Origin: Candidatus Melainabacteria bacterium 17Bon1m | GTDB taxonomy: Bacteria; Cyanobacteriota; Vampirovibrionia; Obscuribacterales; Obscuribacteraceae | Assembly: GCA_032128875.1 (NCBI GenBank) | Contig: JAVLKG010000020.1 | Location: 1-51,101 of the forward strand | DNA length: 51,101 nucleotides | Reading direction: 5' to 3' | Part shown: piece after piece, positions 50,345-51,101 of the stretch | Layout: every line of letters starts with the position of its first letter | How positions within the stretch are numbered: position 1 is the stretch's first letter | Program-made: the position numbers and the translations under genes | Notes under the pieces: model-generated | The model's database searches: none | Seen by the model: only the letters and a program-made list of their open reading frames with translations | What the model was told of the DNA's origin: nothing

Positions 50345-50559
50345 CTGTTACTCATCGGCAATTTTGTCTACACAAGGACGCCACCTTTAGTCACAACCGC
50401 ATCGCCTTTAGAAGAAGCAGGTCTGATTCCGGTGGCTCGCAACTAATGGCGACTTTATTCACATCGCAGACGATAAAGAGTTTCGTCCGGATTGACTATC
50501 GACCTCGCCGATACTAATTGCTGTACGACCGTACCTTCCGCCGGAGTGACAATCGCATA
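50345..50559 (-). pseudogene. Degraded remnant of an RND periplasmic adaptor (CzcB/CusB-like)
   Basis: Fragments YAIVTPAEGTVVQQLVSARSIVNPDETLYRL (barrel-sandwich-like) and KGDAVVTKGGVLV* (adaptor C-terminus-like), with stops and a large deletion between them. Confidence 0.65.
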
Positions 50560-50867
50560 CTAAGATAAGACTCAAAAAAGGAAAGTATGACGCTTGAAAG
50601 TAGCTAATATGGTCATCTTAGAATCCGACTCTTTCCCACTTCTTTCTGGCAGAACGGGTGTGATTGCTATTGCCAATGTCTTGAAATTTTCGTGAAAACT
50701 TCATAAGTATGATCGATAGAGAGGCAAAAAAAAAATTCCGTTTGCGGATAACTTCTTAGATACGAAACAGTGCAGTTTGCACGTCGCATTCTAAGTTCAA
50801 ATTGAGCTATTAAATGACGACTGGTAATAGAAGTAACTTTTTCTTTGACTGCATTGAAGGTTCAAAA

Positions 50868-51101
50868 TGACCTGCACCATTTAGTTGTTCCACGTCAAGC
50901 AGACAATTCTTGCTTGTTGAAGAAGATAGAAAACTCCGTTGGTGTTAAAAGTCCTAATGATCCGTGTGGTCTAACATCGTTGTAATCGCGCCTCCAGTCT
51001 TCGATCACATCTCTTGCATGCTCGATATCAATGAACCAGTGTTCGTTCAAACATTCGTCTCGGAAGCGGCCGTTGAACGATTCGCAAATTGCATTTTCCA
51101 T
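50868..51101 (-). mobile_element. Right end of an IS3-family (IS407 group) insertion sequence, cut by the window edge
   Basis: Terminal IR TGACCTGCACC at 50868 next to the transposase stop. Confidence 0.88.
50895..51101 (-). CDS. IS3 family transposase OrfB, C-terminal part
   Basis: ENAICESFNGRFRDECLNEHWF...WRRDYNDVRPHGSLG..TP integrase-core signature. Confidence 0.95.
   Translation of the reverse strand: MENAICESFNGRFRDECLNEHWFIDIEHARDVIEDWRRDYNDVRPHGSLGLLTPTEFSIFFNKQELSA

Overview
51 kb of bacterial chromosome. The gene style (Hanks kinases with CxxC...CPxD ribbons or TPRs, many two-component genes, LysM-like and low-complexity orphans) suggests Candidatus Obscuribacterales (Vampirovibrionia/Melainabacteria); this is an inference, not tested. 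Recognisable genes: aldehyde dehydrogenase, DoxX, an OmpR-family response regulator/histidine kinase pair, two Ser/Thr kinases, an Hpt-REC-REC-GGDEF regulator, an ABC exporter with a thioredoxin-like protein, an amino-acid racemase with three ATP-grasp ligases, a phosphodiester glycosidase, glgP, an FAD oxidoreductase, kdpFABCD without kdpE, a CzcA/CusA RND pump whose adaptor gene has decayed, and the right end of an IS3-family (IS407 group) element. Top finding: an outer-membrane beta-barrel gene whose signal peptide and barrel are joined by one in-frame TGA (AQG*AASRS), followed by an fdhF-like SECIS hairpin, i.e. a candidate exported selenoprotein. Other highlights: an unannotated 30-aa membrane peptide upstream of kdpF, twin KdpE-like boxes that tie a secreted orphan to the kdp regulon, a convergent racemase/triple ATP-grasp cluster, orphan proteins with shared N-terminal motifs, and two interleaved REP-like families. 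Start codons were adjusted by eye using RBS positions. No database searches were run.
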